Shown: positions 36,448 through 47,764 of the stretch, in pieces
Layout of the letters: every line of letters starts with the position of its first letter
Numbering within the stretch: position 1 is the first letter of the stretch
NCBI RefSeq assembly: GCF_004010195.1
Contig: NC_057750.1
Span: 1,510,417-1,574,416, forward strand
Direction of reading: 5' to 3'
Source of the DNA: Chiloscyllium plagiosum
Taxonomy: Eukaryota
DNA length: 64,000 nucleotides
Notes under the pieces: model-generated
Told to the model about the DNA's origin: nothing
The model's input: only the letters and a program-made list of their open reading frames with translations
The model's database searches: none
Program-made: the position numbers and the translations under genes

Positions 36448-36698
36448 TGTGCACAGTGTAGGAGCAGATTGCTGCAGACGCTGGAGTCTGCACTGAAACC
36501 AGCCAACGCTGGAGATCTCAGTGGCTCAGGCAGCATCCATGGAGAGAGAGCAAGCTAATGTTTCAACTCTAGATGACTCTTGATCAGAGCTGGGTTTAGG
36601 ATTAGGATTAGTTCTGATGAGGAGTCATCTAGAATCGAAACTTTAGCTTGTTCTCCACAGATGCTGCCTGAACCGCTGTGTTCTCCAGTATTTGTTTT
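36448..36698. mobile_element. Fold-back Penelope-derived insert with 9-bp TSD and hammerhead-like core at 36611-36647(+)
   Basis: CTGTTTGTT at 36439-36447 and 36699-36707; CTGATGA-G-GAGTC(ATCTA)GAATC-GAAAC. Confidence 0.75.
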
Positions 36699-36879
36699 CT
36701 GTTTGTTCCTATTCTGTGATCCCTGTCTGTCAGCCAGCTTTCGAGCTATGTTAGTGCACAATGCCCAATCCCATGCCCTTTTAGATTTACATGCTAATCT
36801 CTGATGTGGAACATTATCAAAAGCTTTCTGAAAGTCCAAGTAAACCGCGTCCACTGGCTCTCACTTATCAACTCCACTG

Positions 36880-37365
36880 GGAGATGATTAAACTGGAGTC
36901 AGTTCATAAGAGATTTACCAGGATGTTACCAGGAATGGCGGGTTTGAGATATAAAAATAGACTGGAAACACTGGGTTTTATTTTGGAGGCAAAGGTGTGA
37001 CCTTACAGAGATTTGTAAAATCATGAGGGGCCGAGATAAGGTGAATAGCCAAGGTCTTTTCTCAAGAGTGGGAGAGTTCAAAACTGGGAAACATATTTTT
37101 AAGGAGAGAGGAGGAAGATATAAAAAGGACATGAGAGGCAACTATTTTAACACTGAGAGTGGTTTGTATGTAGAATGAACTGCCAGAGGAAATGATAGGT
37201 GTGGGTACAGTTACAACATTTAAAAGACACTTGGATAAATACATGAATGGGAAAGTTTTGGAGGGATATGGGCCAGGAGCAGGGCAGGTGGGACTAGTTT
37301 AGTTTGATCAACATGGACTGGTTGGGCCGAAGGGTCTCTTTCTGTGCTGTATGACTCTATGACGC
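36880..37365 (+). mobile_element. CR1/HER1-like LINE 3' fragment
   Basis: IKLESVHKRFTRMLPGM peptide and CTGTATGACTCTATG tail. Confidence 0.9.
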
Positions 37366-37604
37366 TAGTTATACCCTCAAAATGGTCTAGATTTCAGTTG
37401 TCATTGCTACTAGTATCAGTGAGAGGATTGAGGCTCCTACAAGAGAGGAAAAATGCATTGAGTTAATAGTCTTGATTTTGTGATGATGCTGAGTCACTGA
37501 TGGAAGCCAGTGTGTAAATATTTGTTTACATGCTTCCAGTAATAGCCACCAGCAGTTGGAGGCAGTTTAGAAGTTAGGTGATTGATCAAGATCCTTTTTT
37601 TACA

Positions 37605-37728
37605 TTTACCTATTTCTCTAGTCATCCTATTCACAGATGTTATTACAGCCCTCTGGAACAGGTGGGACTTGAACCTGGGCCTCCTGGTCAGGGGGTAGGG
37701 ACACTACCAGTGCACCACAAGAGGACCC
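37605..37728 (-). mobile_element. Short tRNA-derived SINE-like element
   Basis: Reverse strand TGTGGTGCACTGGTAG (A box) ... GGTTCAAGTCC (B box), then a non-tRNA tail. Confidence 0.6.
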
Positions 37729-37852
37729 CGCAAGAATTTTTATTGGCTTTTTTAATGTTTTTAATGGCTTTAACCAGATGGAGTATAAGCTGAGCAACCA
37801 AATTCCCACCAGTTATGTTGCTACTGAACCACAGCAACTGGCAAATCTCAAA

Positions 37853-38603
37853 AGAACATGGAACATAACAGTACAGTACAGGCCCTTCAGCCCTCAGTGT
37901 TGCGCTGTCCTGTGGAACCAATCTGAAGCCCATCTGACCTACACTATTCCATTCTCATCCATATGCCTATCCAATGACCATTTAAATGCCCTTAAAGTTG
38001 GCGAGTTTACTACTGTTGCAGGCAGTGTCCCCCAAGCCCCTACTACTCTCTGAGTAAAGAACCAACTCTGACATCTGTCCTATATCTATCACCCCTCAAT
38101 CTAAAGCTATGTCCCCTTGTGCTGGCCATCACCATCCGAGGAAAAAGCTCTCGCTGTCCACCCTATCTAACCCTCTGATTATCTTATATGTCTCAATTAA
38201 GTCACCTCTCAACCTTCTTCTCTCTAACGAAAACAGTCTCAAATCCCTCAGCCTTTCCTCGTAAGACCTTCCCTCCATACCAGGCAACATTCAAGTAAAT
38301 CTCCTCTGAACCCTTTCCAAAGCTTCCACATCCTTCCTACAATGCAGTGACCAGAACTGTACACAATACCCCAACTGCAGTCACACCAGAGTTTTGTACA
38401 GCTGCAGCATGATCCCATGGCTCTGAAACTCAGTCCCTCTACCAATAAAAGCTAACACATTGTATGCCTTCTTAACAATCCTGTCAACCTGGATGGCAAC
38501 TTTCAGGGATCTATGTACATAGACACTGAGATGGCTCTGATCATCGACACCAAGAATCTTCCCATTAGCCCAGTACTCTGCATTCCTGTTGCTCCTTCCA
38601 ATA
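37853..38603 (-). mobile_element. CR1-type LINE 3' fragment
   Basis: QVDRIVKKAYNVLAFIGRG..MLQLYKTLV peptide; GAACAT-type tail. Confidence 0.9.
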
Positions 38604-38743
38604 GGTGCAGGGCTGTAAGAAAAAACGAAGGTTGGCATTTGTACATCCTCAACACACCCCAAACTATGTTACAGCTAACAAACTATTTTTGACGTACTGT
38701 TGGAAGTACGGTCATATATTTACAGTTTGTAGGATGATGAAAA

Positions 38744-39392
38744 AGGCTCAGTGGTTAGCACTGCAGCCTCCCAGCGCCGGGGACCCGGGTTCAATTCCAG
38801 CCTCGGGTGACTGTCTGTGTGGAGTTTGCACATTCTCCCCGTGTCTGCGTGGGTTTCCTCCGGGTGCTCCGGTTTCCTCCCACAGTCCAAAGATGTACAG
38901 GTCAAGATGGATTAGTATTGGGAAATTGCCCATAAGAATGTGCAGGCTAAATGAGTTAGACATGGCAAATTTTTTTTTAGATTAGATTACTTACAGTGTG
39001 GAAACAGGCCCTTCAGCCCAACAAGTCCACACCGACCCGCCGAAGCACAACCCACCCAGACCCATGCCCCTACATTTACCCCTTCACCTAACACTATGGG
39101 CAATTTAGCATGGCCAATTCACCTGACCTGCACATCTTTGGACTGTGGAAGGAAACCGGAGCACCCGGAGGAAACCCACGCAGACACGGGAAGAATGTGC
39201 AAACTCCACACAGACAGTCACCCGAGGCTGGAATTGAACCCGTGTCTCTGGTGCTGTGAGGCAGCAGTGCTGACCACTGAGCCACCGTGCCACCCACAAG
39301 ATGAGTTGAGTTGAGTTGAGTTGGGGTCTGGATGGGATGTTCGTTGGTGTGGACTTGATGGGCAGAATGGTCTGCATTCACACTGTAGGGGT
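38744..39392 (+). mobile_element. HE1-type SINE (38744-38970 and 39322-39392) split by an antisense HE1 copy
   Basis: Head and V-domain on +; tail GTGGACTTGATGGGC..CACACTGTAGGG resumes after the insert. Confidence 0.8.
38978..39296 (-). mobile_element. HE1-type SINE, full length
   Basis: GGTGGCACGGTGGCTCAGTGGTCAGCAC head, V-domain, (TAATC)n tail. Confidence 0.95.
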
Positions 39393-39604
39393 TCAGTGAA
39401 AAACGGGAAAATATTGAAATAAAACCAAAATTCTGTGGATGTGGGAAATCTGAAGTAACTCAGCAGATCTGGTAGCTTCTGTGGAGAGAGGAAAACCAGA
39501 GATAATATTTCCTGTCCACTATAACCCCCTCTCCTTACCACTAACAGGTCGTTCAGTCACTGCGAGCCCTCCTGTGCACTGTGCACCTCTCCCTGGAATG
39601 AGGG

Positions 39605-39740
39605 CCTTACATTTATATAGTGCCTTTTAGAAATTCAGGATGTCCCGAATTACTTTAAAGCCAATAAAATAATATTTCAAGTGTACTCACAGTTGCAATG
39701 TTTGAAAAACAGCAATTAATTCAAGCACAGCAATACCCCA
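39605..39740 (-). mobile_element. Deu-domain SINE (SacSINE1-like) 3' relic; similar relics at 33895-33965, 44350-44540, 45930-46200 and 55660-55800
   Basis: Reverse strand ATTGGCTTTAAAG..GGGACATCCTGA..AAAGGCACTATATAAATGTAAG resembles the Deu-SINE/L2 tail; recognised from memory of the family. Confidence 0.5.
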
Positions 39741-41279
39741 TTTGATGCTTGTAATGTGTTCAGTAGCAATATTGCGATGAATGAGCTCTGCTTATTCTGT
39801 AAGCCCTGCTGCTTAGCAACCCAGCCAGGAAGTAATGCTGTGGAATATCAAAGTGTTAGGAGTAATGTCTTCATTATATTTGATGCAAGGATAAAGAATC
39901 TGTGGGGAAGTGATGTTTGCTTGAAGAGATTTTATTCCATGATATGAGGTAAACGAGATTTTTCTCAGAATGATCAGTTTGACTTTGCTGGTAGTAACCA
40001 GGAAAACTGCAGGTTCAAATCAATTTCAGCCTCTTAAACCAATCCAGTTGAACCCATTCCAACCTTTTCATGATCTTTGTAAATCCTAAATAAAACCCAG
40101 TTGTGGATTTGTAAAACAATATACTGAGGTGGTACACTTTAATTAATTTTGTTAATAATTTAAAACACTTTGGTTTCAAAAGTGAGAATGTACACAAATG
40201 CCCTTTAAATCCAAAAAGTTGTGACCCTGAATTCCACTAAGTCCTTCCTTCCAGACGAGAACAGTGGAGGCACAAGCTGCTTTGTTAGCTGAGGTATTGT
40301 CAATGGAATCTCTTCTGACCCAATGACCAGGAATGTTCGACTGACGAATGTTGCATTCAAAAAGAAGTGAGGAAGTTTAACAAAGAAAATAAGCATTTGA
40401 ACGTAAGAAGACAAGCAGGCAACAATTAAGGATGACCGGTGAAATGAATAATTATTGAATAAAAGTTTAATAACAGTGGCGAAATCACAAGGGGAGCAGT
40501 AACAGCAGATTTGTGCAGGAGGAAAAGCTAAAGATGGTGAGAGATTCAAAGAGAGTCAAATACATGGATGCAATAAAAGCAACAGAACAGGATTTTATTT
40601 TGAAATTTTTTTTGTGGGGTGATTTATCAGCAGGGAGTGTGGAGCCAGGGTTCTCCGCTGACTGTGCTCTTGTGTTAAAGCTGACAGTTATAGAGGCCCT
40701 GGAGCACTTCACATTCAAACTTTGTAGCGACATTAATTATTAACAAAACACCTAATCTAGTGCAGGGAGATTTTATTTGAAAATAGATTAAATTTTCTGG
40801 AATGTGAGGACGCTTTTTTAAAAAAAATCAGTTGAGCTCCAACGAGATGGAAGCTGTGAGGTCCAGGCCCTGCAGAAGCAGCCGGATATTTTTAATCAAA
40901 TGCAATGTGGACACACCTCTGGGGCAGGGGGGCTGTGAGGGCAAATGCTCAAAGCTTTTGAATTCACAACCACGTTGGACAGAGGCTGAGAGAACAGACT
41001 TATTCGACACAGAGAGGAAGAAGGGTTGTCTGGTCATGGTGAAAGAATCCTTGGTCAGGTACCTGGAAACATTGTACTGCACGGTGCTCTGAAGCAGACT
41101 GCTGTTAGACAGGTGACCAGCAGATGTAGCACTCCCTGCAAACACCACCAGACCCTGCTGTTTGGATGTGCTCCAGCTTATTTTAACCCAAGGGTTTAAG
41201 TCAAATGTGAGCCACATTCAAACAGCAGTAACTAATTCTTAGCTGGTTAGTTCAATTGGTTAAATAGTTAACGTGCGTC

Positions 41280-41975
41280 ATAGAATCAAAGTGATGGAGA
41301 GCTCAGAAAAAGGCCCTTCAGCCCATCGAATTTGTGTTGGTCAAAAATAACCAGCTCACTTTTCTAATCCCATTCTCCTGCACTTGGCCCATAATCCTTG
41401 CAAGTGCACACTTAAATACTTCTTCAGTGTTATGAGGGTTTCTGTCTCCACCACCCTCACAGGCACACAGTTCCAGATTCCCACCGTCCTCCAGGTTTTC
41501 CTCACGGTGGCTCAGTGGTTAGCACTGCTGCCTCACAATACCAGGGTCCTGGGTTCGGTTCCAGCCTCGGGTGACTATCTGTGTGGAGTTTGCGCATTCT
41601 CCCCGTGTCTGTGTGGGTTCGCTCCAGGTGCGCCGGTTTCCTCCCACAATCCAAAGATGTTCCGGTAAGGGTGGATTTGGCATGGGAAATTACCCCGTAG
41701 GGTCCAGGGCTGTGCAGGCTGGGGGAGGGGGAGGCATGGGGGTTAGCCATGGGAAATTGTTGGTTACAGGGATAGGATGGGTCTGGGTGGGATGTTTCGG
41801 AGGGTTAGTAAGGACTTGATGGACCGAATGGCCTGCTTTGACACTGCATAGATTCTGTGATCTCCTGTAAACCCTTTGCCTCTGACCTTAAATCAATGTC
41901 CCCTGGGCAATGACCCTTCCACCAAAGGGACATGTGTCTTCCTGTCTATGCCCTTCATACTTTGATACATCTGTG
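41280..41975 (-). mobile_element. Degenerate CR1 3' end split by an HE1 SINE
   Basis: CATAGAATC tail at 41279; CTCCACCACCCTCACAGGCA..TTCCAGA; resumes at 41862. Confidence 0.65.
41503..41861 (+). mobile_element. HE1-type SINE
   Basis: CACGGTGGCTCAGTGGTTAGCAC head, V-domain, tail. Confidence 0.9.
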
Positions 41976-41976
41976 A

Positions 41977-42476
41977 NNNNNNNNNNNNNNNNNNNNNNNN
42001 NNNNNNNNNNNNNNNNNNNNNNNNNNNNNNNNNNNNNNNNNNNNNNNNNNNNNNNNNNNNNNNNNNNNNNNNNNNNNNNNNNNNNNNNNNNNNNNNNNNN
42101 NNNNNNNNNNNNNNNNNNNNNNNNNNNNNNNNNNNNNNNNNNNNNNNNNNNNNNNNNNNNNNNNNNNNNNNNNNNNNNNNNNNNNNNNNNNNNNNNNNNN
42201 NNNNNNNNNNNNNNNNNNNNNNNNNNNNNNNNNNNNNNNNNNNNNNNNNNNNNNNNNNNNNNNNNNNNNNNNNNNNNNNNNNNNNNNNNNNNNNNNNNNN
42301 NNNNNNNNNNNNNNNNNNNNNNNNNNNNNNNNNNNNNNNNNNNNNNNNNNNNNNNNNNNNNNNNNNNNNNNNNNNNNNNNNNNNNNNNNNNNNNNNNNNN
42401 NNNNNNNNNNNNNNNNNNNNNNNNNNNNNNNNNNNNNNNNNNNNNNNNNNNNNNNNNNNNNNNNNNNNNNNNNNNN
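41977..42476. other. Assembly gap (500 N)
   Basis: N run. Confidence 1.
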
Positions 42477-43210
42477 GAGAAAAATCACCTATACAGTGTA
42501 TTCAAAAAGAATGGGTACCCAATGAACACAGTCCGCCAATTTCTCAACAACAAACCCAAACAAGCAAACAAAATACACCCACTAACCCTAGCCACTCTCC
42601 CCCACATCAAAGGCATCTCGGAAATGATTGCCAGACTACTCAGACCCCTTGGCATCATGGTAGCCCACAAACCCACCAACACACTAAAACAGCAGCTAAT
42701 GAACTTGAAAGACCCTATACAGACAACAAGCAAAACTAACGTCATTTACAAAATACCATGGAAGAACTGTAACAAACAAACAAACAGGCAGAAAACTAGC
42801 CGCCGGGATACATGAACACCAACTAGCCACAAAAAGACATGACCTTCTGTCACTAGTATCCTCACATACGGATGAGGAAGGACACCACTTCGACTGGGAC
42901 AACACACCCATCCTAGGACGAGTCAAACAAAGACATGCATGAGAATTCCTAGAAGCATGGCATTCCAACTGGAACTCTATCAACAAACACATCGAGTTAG
43001 ACCGCATCTACCATCCTCTGAGAAAAGGAACAGGAAGTGACTTCACCACTGGAAATGACATCACCCACCCAAAGAAACCCAAACATATAAATAGAAAGCA
43101 GGAATTTTCTGCATTGCTTCGCCTGAGGCCCACTAAAGATGTTACCTAGTAGGGTAACGAAACGTCTGGAAATGAACCTTCCACTCAGTGAGCAAACCTA
43201 CATCCAAAAT
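42477..43210 (+). mobile_element. Penelope-like retroelement 3' part: RT C-terminus and GIY-YIG endonuclease (disrupted), then terminal repeat
   Basis: FKKNGYP..TLPHIKGISEMIARLL..LKDPI..NVIYKIP.KNC, then (frameshift) GRKL..IHEHQ..HHFDWDN..IL..FLEAW..SINK; the YIG half-motif is lost in a small deletion. Confidence 0.9.
43130..43169 (+). ncRNA. Minimal hammerhead motif in Penelope terminal repeat, G5-to-A mutated
   Basis: CCA-CUAAAGA-U-GUUACC(UAGUAG)GGUAAC-GAAAC-GUC-UGG: stem I CCA/UGG, stem II 6 bp. Confidence 0.7.
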
Positions 43211-43420
43211 CCCAATGAGCCTCCCCTAAAAGAGAGGGAAAGAAAAGGCCTAGTCACCTTATCAATCTGACGCACAGATTGTTTTGGTTAGAGAAAGAGG
43301 AGGGTGGGCAGGAGACACTAGCTGAGTAGTGATTCGGGTAAAGCAACCACCCAAATATAAAGTGTCACTTACCCAGCAGTCCCATACCCGCTCCTGCTCA
43401 GTGTGCACTCTGCCTATACA

Positions 43421-43565
43421 TGAGGTAAGTTTTTAAACTTTACTCCTACCTTCCCATCGGACCTCTGGTCCTCACTGTCACTCCTCCCACTGCAATTGCC
43501 ACCAAGAAAATGAGGAACGCTGAACCCCTGAGGTAAGTTTCTAAACTTTACTCCTACCTTCCCAT
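43421..43565 (+). repeat. 37-bp direct repeat, 2 copies with 108-bp period
   Basis: TGAGGTAAGTTTYTAAACTTTACTCCTACCTTCCCAT at 43421-43457 and 43529-43565. Confidence 0.9.
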
Positions 43566-43593
43566 TTGAGGTGAATTGGTCCCCTATGCCTCT

Positions 43594-43803
43594 GAAGTCA
43601 CTATTGTCCAAGAGAGCTGTTCTCCTATTACAAAGAGACAACTGGTCCTGCCTTTAACCTAAGGGTCAACATGCCTCAAAGGAAGGGAGAGAGGTTGGGA
43701 AGGAGAGGACTGCATTGTAACCCCAGATGGTGCAGGAATTGAATTCATGCTGTTGGTACCACTCTGTATCACAAAGCCAACCATCCAGCTCACTGAGCTA
43801 ACC
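43594..43803 (-). mobile_element. tRNA-derived SINE-like element
   Basis: Reverse strand GGTTAGCTCAGTGAG (A box) ... TTCAATTCC (B-box-like) followed by a body. Confidence 0.55.
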
Positions 43804-44549
43804 TGTGTCCTTTACGTTAAGTAACTAATCACTGTATTGTACAACAGTTGCTCACAGTCAAACAAAGTCCATCCAGCTCCTTATCATCCTGGACACAATT
43901 CCCACTGTTCTTTCAGAAGGTTCAGTGAACCCTGACCCATTTCAATCAAAATAAGTTAAGGCTAATAATTAACTGCACATTTCCCCAAATAGGGTCTGGA
44001 GCTAGAACTCAGGCGTGTCTCTGCTTCAGGGCAGGGGGTTGGTGCTGTGGGCTGCAGCAGCTTTTTGGAAAAGGTCTGGGGCACTTTAGTTCCTGGAGTT
44101 CATTTGAGAGTTGCACCATTGCCTCCACAGAACAGCCAGTGGGAGTGACATTGGTGGGTAAATGGGAATTGTTCATGAATGTGAAGGTCCCTGAAATCCA
44201 AGGAAACAGCCCCCAGTGTGTGAAGGGAAGGTTGGGCTGAGGGTCTTGACTACTGATGTTAGTTTTTAGGAGGGGGCAGTAAGTCTGGACTGAGGAGGCA
44301 AAGGAGGAAGAGCAGGGGGACTTCTCCCTGCTGTCCAGGCCAACATCCCCAAAGACACTGATATACTTGCTTCAATGTTGGCTATCTGTGGGACTGTGAT
44401 CTGCTGCTGTTCAAGGGGCAAATACTGGCTGGGACTCCACCAAATACTCTCTTATTTGAGCCAATGAGAGGCAGGCAGGACAACATCTCACCTGGATAGC
44501 AACATCTTGGGCAGTGCAGTACACCCTCACCGTTGCACTGGGAGTTTAT

Positions 44550-45125
44550 TTTCATATTCACTCTTGGGATGTAAGCGTCGTTGGCTGCATTAACCTTTAT
44601 TGCCCCGTCCCTAGTTGCCCCCTTGAGAAGGTGGGGGTGAGCTGCCTTCTTGAACCGCTGCAGTCCATGTGCTGTGGGTTGACCCACAATGCCCTTAGGG
44701 AGGGAACACCAGGATTCTGACCCAGCAACACTGAAGGAACGGCGATATATTTCCCAGTCAGGATGGTGAGGGGCTTGGAGGGGAACTTGCAGGGGGTGGT
44801 GTTCCCATGTACCTGCTGCCCTTTGTCCTTCTAGATGGTAGTGCCATGGGTTTGGAAGGTACTGTCTAAGGATCTTTGGTGAGTTTCTGCAGTGTATCTT
44901 GTAGATGGTACACACTGCATCGGTGGTGGGGAGAGTGGATGTTTGTGGAAGTGATGCCAATCAAGCGGGACTGCTTTGTCCTGGATGGTGTTGAGCTTTT
45001 TGGGTGTTGTTGGAGCTGCCCCCATCCAGGGTAAGTGGGGAGCATTCCCTCACCCTCCTGACTTGTGCCTTGTAGATGATGGATAGGATTGAGATGAGTT
45101 ACTCGGTGTAGGACGCTGACCTGCT
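44550..45125 (-). mobile_element. Second LINE family 3' end
   Basis: AAPTTPKKLNTIQDKA and CTIYKIHCRN peptides; GGACTGCAGCGGTTCAAGAAGGCAGCTCA tail. Confidence 0.9.
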
Positions 45126-46439
45126 GTTGGAGCCAGTGAACCAGTTTGGCTGCTGTGTTGAAGTGTCTGTTGGGAGATGAGATCCTCCTGACTGAAGGAG
45201 TGTTCATTACTGAGCCAGGGCTGCTATATAAATGGGTTCCTGTGGCTTCTGGCACTACATGAGGATGGTCTTTGTCTTCAATAGGTGGCAGACATGACCA
45301 TTCTGCTCTGGACCTCCAACTGGCAAAATGGATTTTTGAAACAATATCGAGCGAGCAGTGGGAAATGTATCAAGACTTTATCTGTGAATATTGATAATAA
45401 ATATTCATGGATCATTCTGTAGAAGTAAGGATGATTCAAAACTTATTCAATGACCATGTGATTACTGAAAGTAGAAATCTGATACTTTCCACTGGAGATC
45501 AGCTATTGGGCCACGCTGAGTTGAGGAAATATAACAATTATTCGGGATGGGACCCTGAGATATCTCTGGACTGGACAGTTCAGTCTCAGACAAGACACTT
45601 GCTTAACTGGGCACTGGGGGAAAGCTTCCAAAAGGAGTTGTATAGAAGAGCTCCCTCTGTCATGGTTATTCAGTGCAAAGCTAATTATTCCGGTTTGATT
45701 ATGCAGTTTTTCATTATAAAAACAGCCTACAGTGCTTTTCTCTTCTCTTTAATTACTAAATGCAAAGTAAGTTGAGACCTGCATTGCGTTGATCCAAATT
45801 GGAGTTTAATGATCCGAACTGGTGATCTGAATCCCTCCACCTGGCATTACATTTTAATTAATTTTTATTGGAATATTTTATTGTGTTTTTTTTTCATTTC
45901 TGTTCTTACTATATGGATCGGTCATGGCTGAGTGGGTGAAACGTATACTGGAGGCTGACCCTCCTGGTGTGGTACTGAAGGAGTGCCGCACTGCCAATGT
46001 GCCATTTTATAGCTGACAACTTAGACCACATCTGTCATGTCGAATGAAGATGTATGGAACTGTTTGAAGAAGAAAAGGGGCATTGGGTAAAAATACGCCT
46101 GTTAACCAATGCTGCTTTGGTGATGGGATTTTTGATAAACCATATGGTAGCCTACGTAACATCTCCGTAGCTTCATATTGAGTCAGAGATCTGAAAGTTT
46201 ATGAACAACTTCCTATGTCCAATAGTGTGCCATCTGAGAAGGAGACAAACTGTGTGGGCTATACATACATAAACCCTGCCTCTTTATTCATTTTATTAAT
46301 GCTTCCACGTGACATGGCCATCTCTGCCAAGGGCAGCATTTATTACTCATCCCTAGTTGCCCCTGAAGTAAACAGCTTTTAAAGAAATTTTTAGTCAGTC
46401 ATGAGATGTGGGCATTGCTATCTGGACCAACATTTATTG

Positions 46440-46740
46440 TCTGTGGGAGAGACTAGGACCTGAGGGAAGAGAAGACCCTTTAAAACAGAGAGAAAGAGAA
46501 ACTTCTTCAGCCAGAGAGTGGGAAATCGATGGAACTCACTGCCACAGAAGGCTGTGGAGGCCAGGTCATTGAGTATATTTAAGACTGAGACAGATAGGTT
46601 CTTGAATATCAAGGGGATCAAGGGTTACAGGGAGAAAGCAGGAGATTGTGGTTGAGAAACCTATCAGCTGTAATTGGATTGTGGAGCTGACTTGATGGGC
46701 TGAATGGCCTAATTTCTGCTCCAATGTCTTATGCTCTTAC
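46440..46740 (+). mobile_element. CR1-type LINE 3' end
   Basis: AACTTCTTCAGCCAGAGAGTGG..GCTGTGGAGGCCAGGTCATTG..TGGGCTGAATGGCC. Confidence 0.85.
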
Positions 46741-46747
46741 AGCTTAT

Positions 46748-47295
46748 GGTCCCTGGTTGCCCCTTGAGAAGGTGGGGGTGAGCTGCCTTCTTGAACCGCT
46801 GCAGTCCATGTGCTATTAGAGGCATGCACTGTACTACTAACGAAGGAGCTCCAGGATTCTGACCCAGTGACACTGAAGAAATGGTCATATATTTCCAAGT
46901 CAGGATGGTGAGTGGCTTGGAGGGGAATTTGCAGGAGGTGGTGTTCCCATGTCTCATCCTTCTAGATGGTAGTCGTCATGCGTTTGGAAGGCATTAAGGA
47001 GCCTTGGTTGGCCATTTCAGAGGGTAGTTCAGAGTTAACCTCAATGCTGTGGGTCTGGAGTCACATGTGGACTGTGTCAAGACAGTAGATGACCTTCCCT
47101 GACCAGAATTAGTGAACCAGTTGAATTGTTACAACAATCAGTGATAGCCTTGTGGTAGCCACAAGGTGCTAGCTTTCAATTCTATGAATTAATTACATTT
47201 ATTAATTATTTCAATTTAAGTTCGACAAGCTGCTGTGGTGGATTTTAATTTATATCCTGAGACCGTTAGCTCTGGTTGTGGGATTACTAGCACCA
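46748..47295 (-). mobile_element. Second LINE family 3' fragment and adjacent related SINE-like copy
   Basis: Matches 44620-44860; GCTGTGGGTCTGGAGTCACATG core. Confidence 0.75.
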
Positions 47296-47764
47296 CAACG
47301 TCCCATCTTTTTCCTTGTTCAATCCAATCTCTTGTTTGCCTGCTGAAAGCTAATCCAAGCCAATTTGTGTGCGATGCTTAACTCCTGGACAGTAATAAAA
47401 TGTATTATAAATAGAACGTTCCCTTCCTTCCAAACTCGCTGTAGCCAATCACTAAGATGATTATGGTGATCAATTACTAAGATAAACCTTGTCTAGGTAA
47501 ACCGACTCAGCAAATTCCCAAAATCGGAACTGGGAAAACCTCCTTCTGTTTGGTGGATATTCATTGTTTCTTCTTTAGTTCAATCTCTCTTTGTTGCAAT
47601 GTTCATTCGCTGGATGAAGAGACAATCATTTTGTGGCATTGTTATGTGACTCAGGCTTTGGGAGCAAAAACAGAAGCAGGTCTGGCAGCATCTGTGAAGA
47701 GAAATCAGAGTTAACATTTCAGGTCGAGTGACCTTTCCTCAGAACGGTCCCAGGCTAATACTTG

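Larger units (their letters stand above)
35735..36870 (-). mobile_element. CR1-type LINE RT region fragmented by two Penelope-derived inserts
   Basis: DAVYLDFQKAFDNVPHQRL and VPQESVLEP motifs on the reverse strand. Confidence 0.8.

Noticed and set aside
37660..37728. tRNA gene
   Set aside because: A and B boxes are present but there is no clean cloverleaf and it continues into a tail; treated as a SINE head.
41910..42815. 301-aa and 177-aa ORFs
   Set aside because: They span the N gap; only 42477 onward is real (Penelope).
45225..45235. TATA box (CTATATAAATGG) as a promoter
   Set aside because: Isolated motif next to a LINE with no other promoter evidence.
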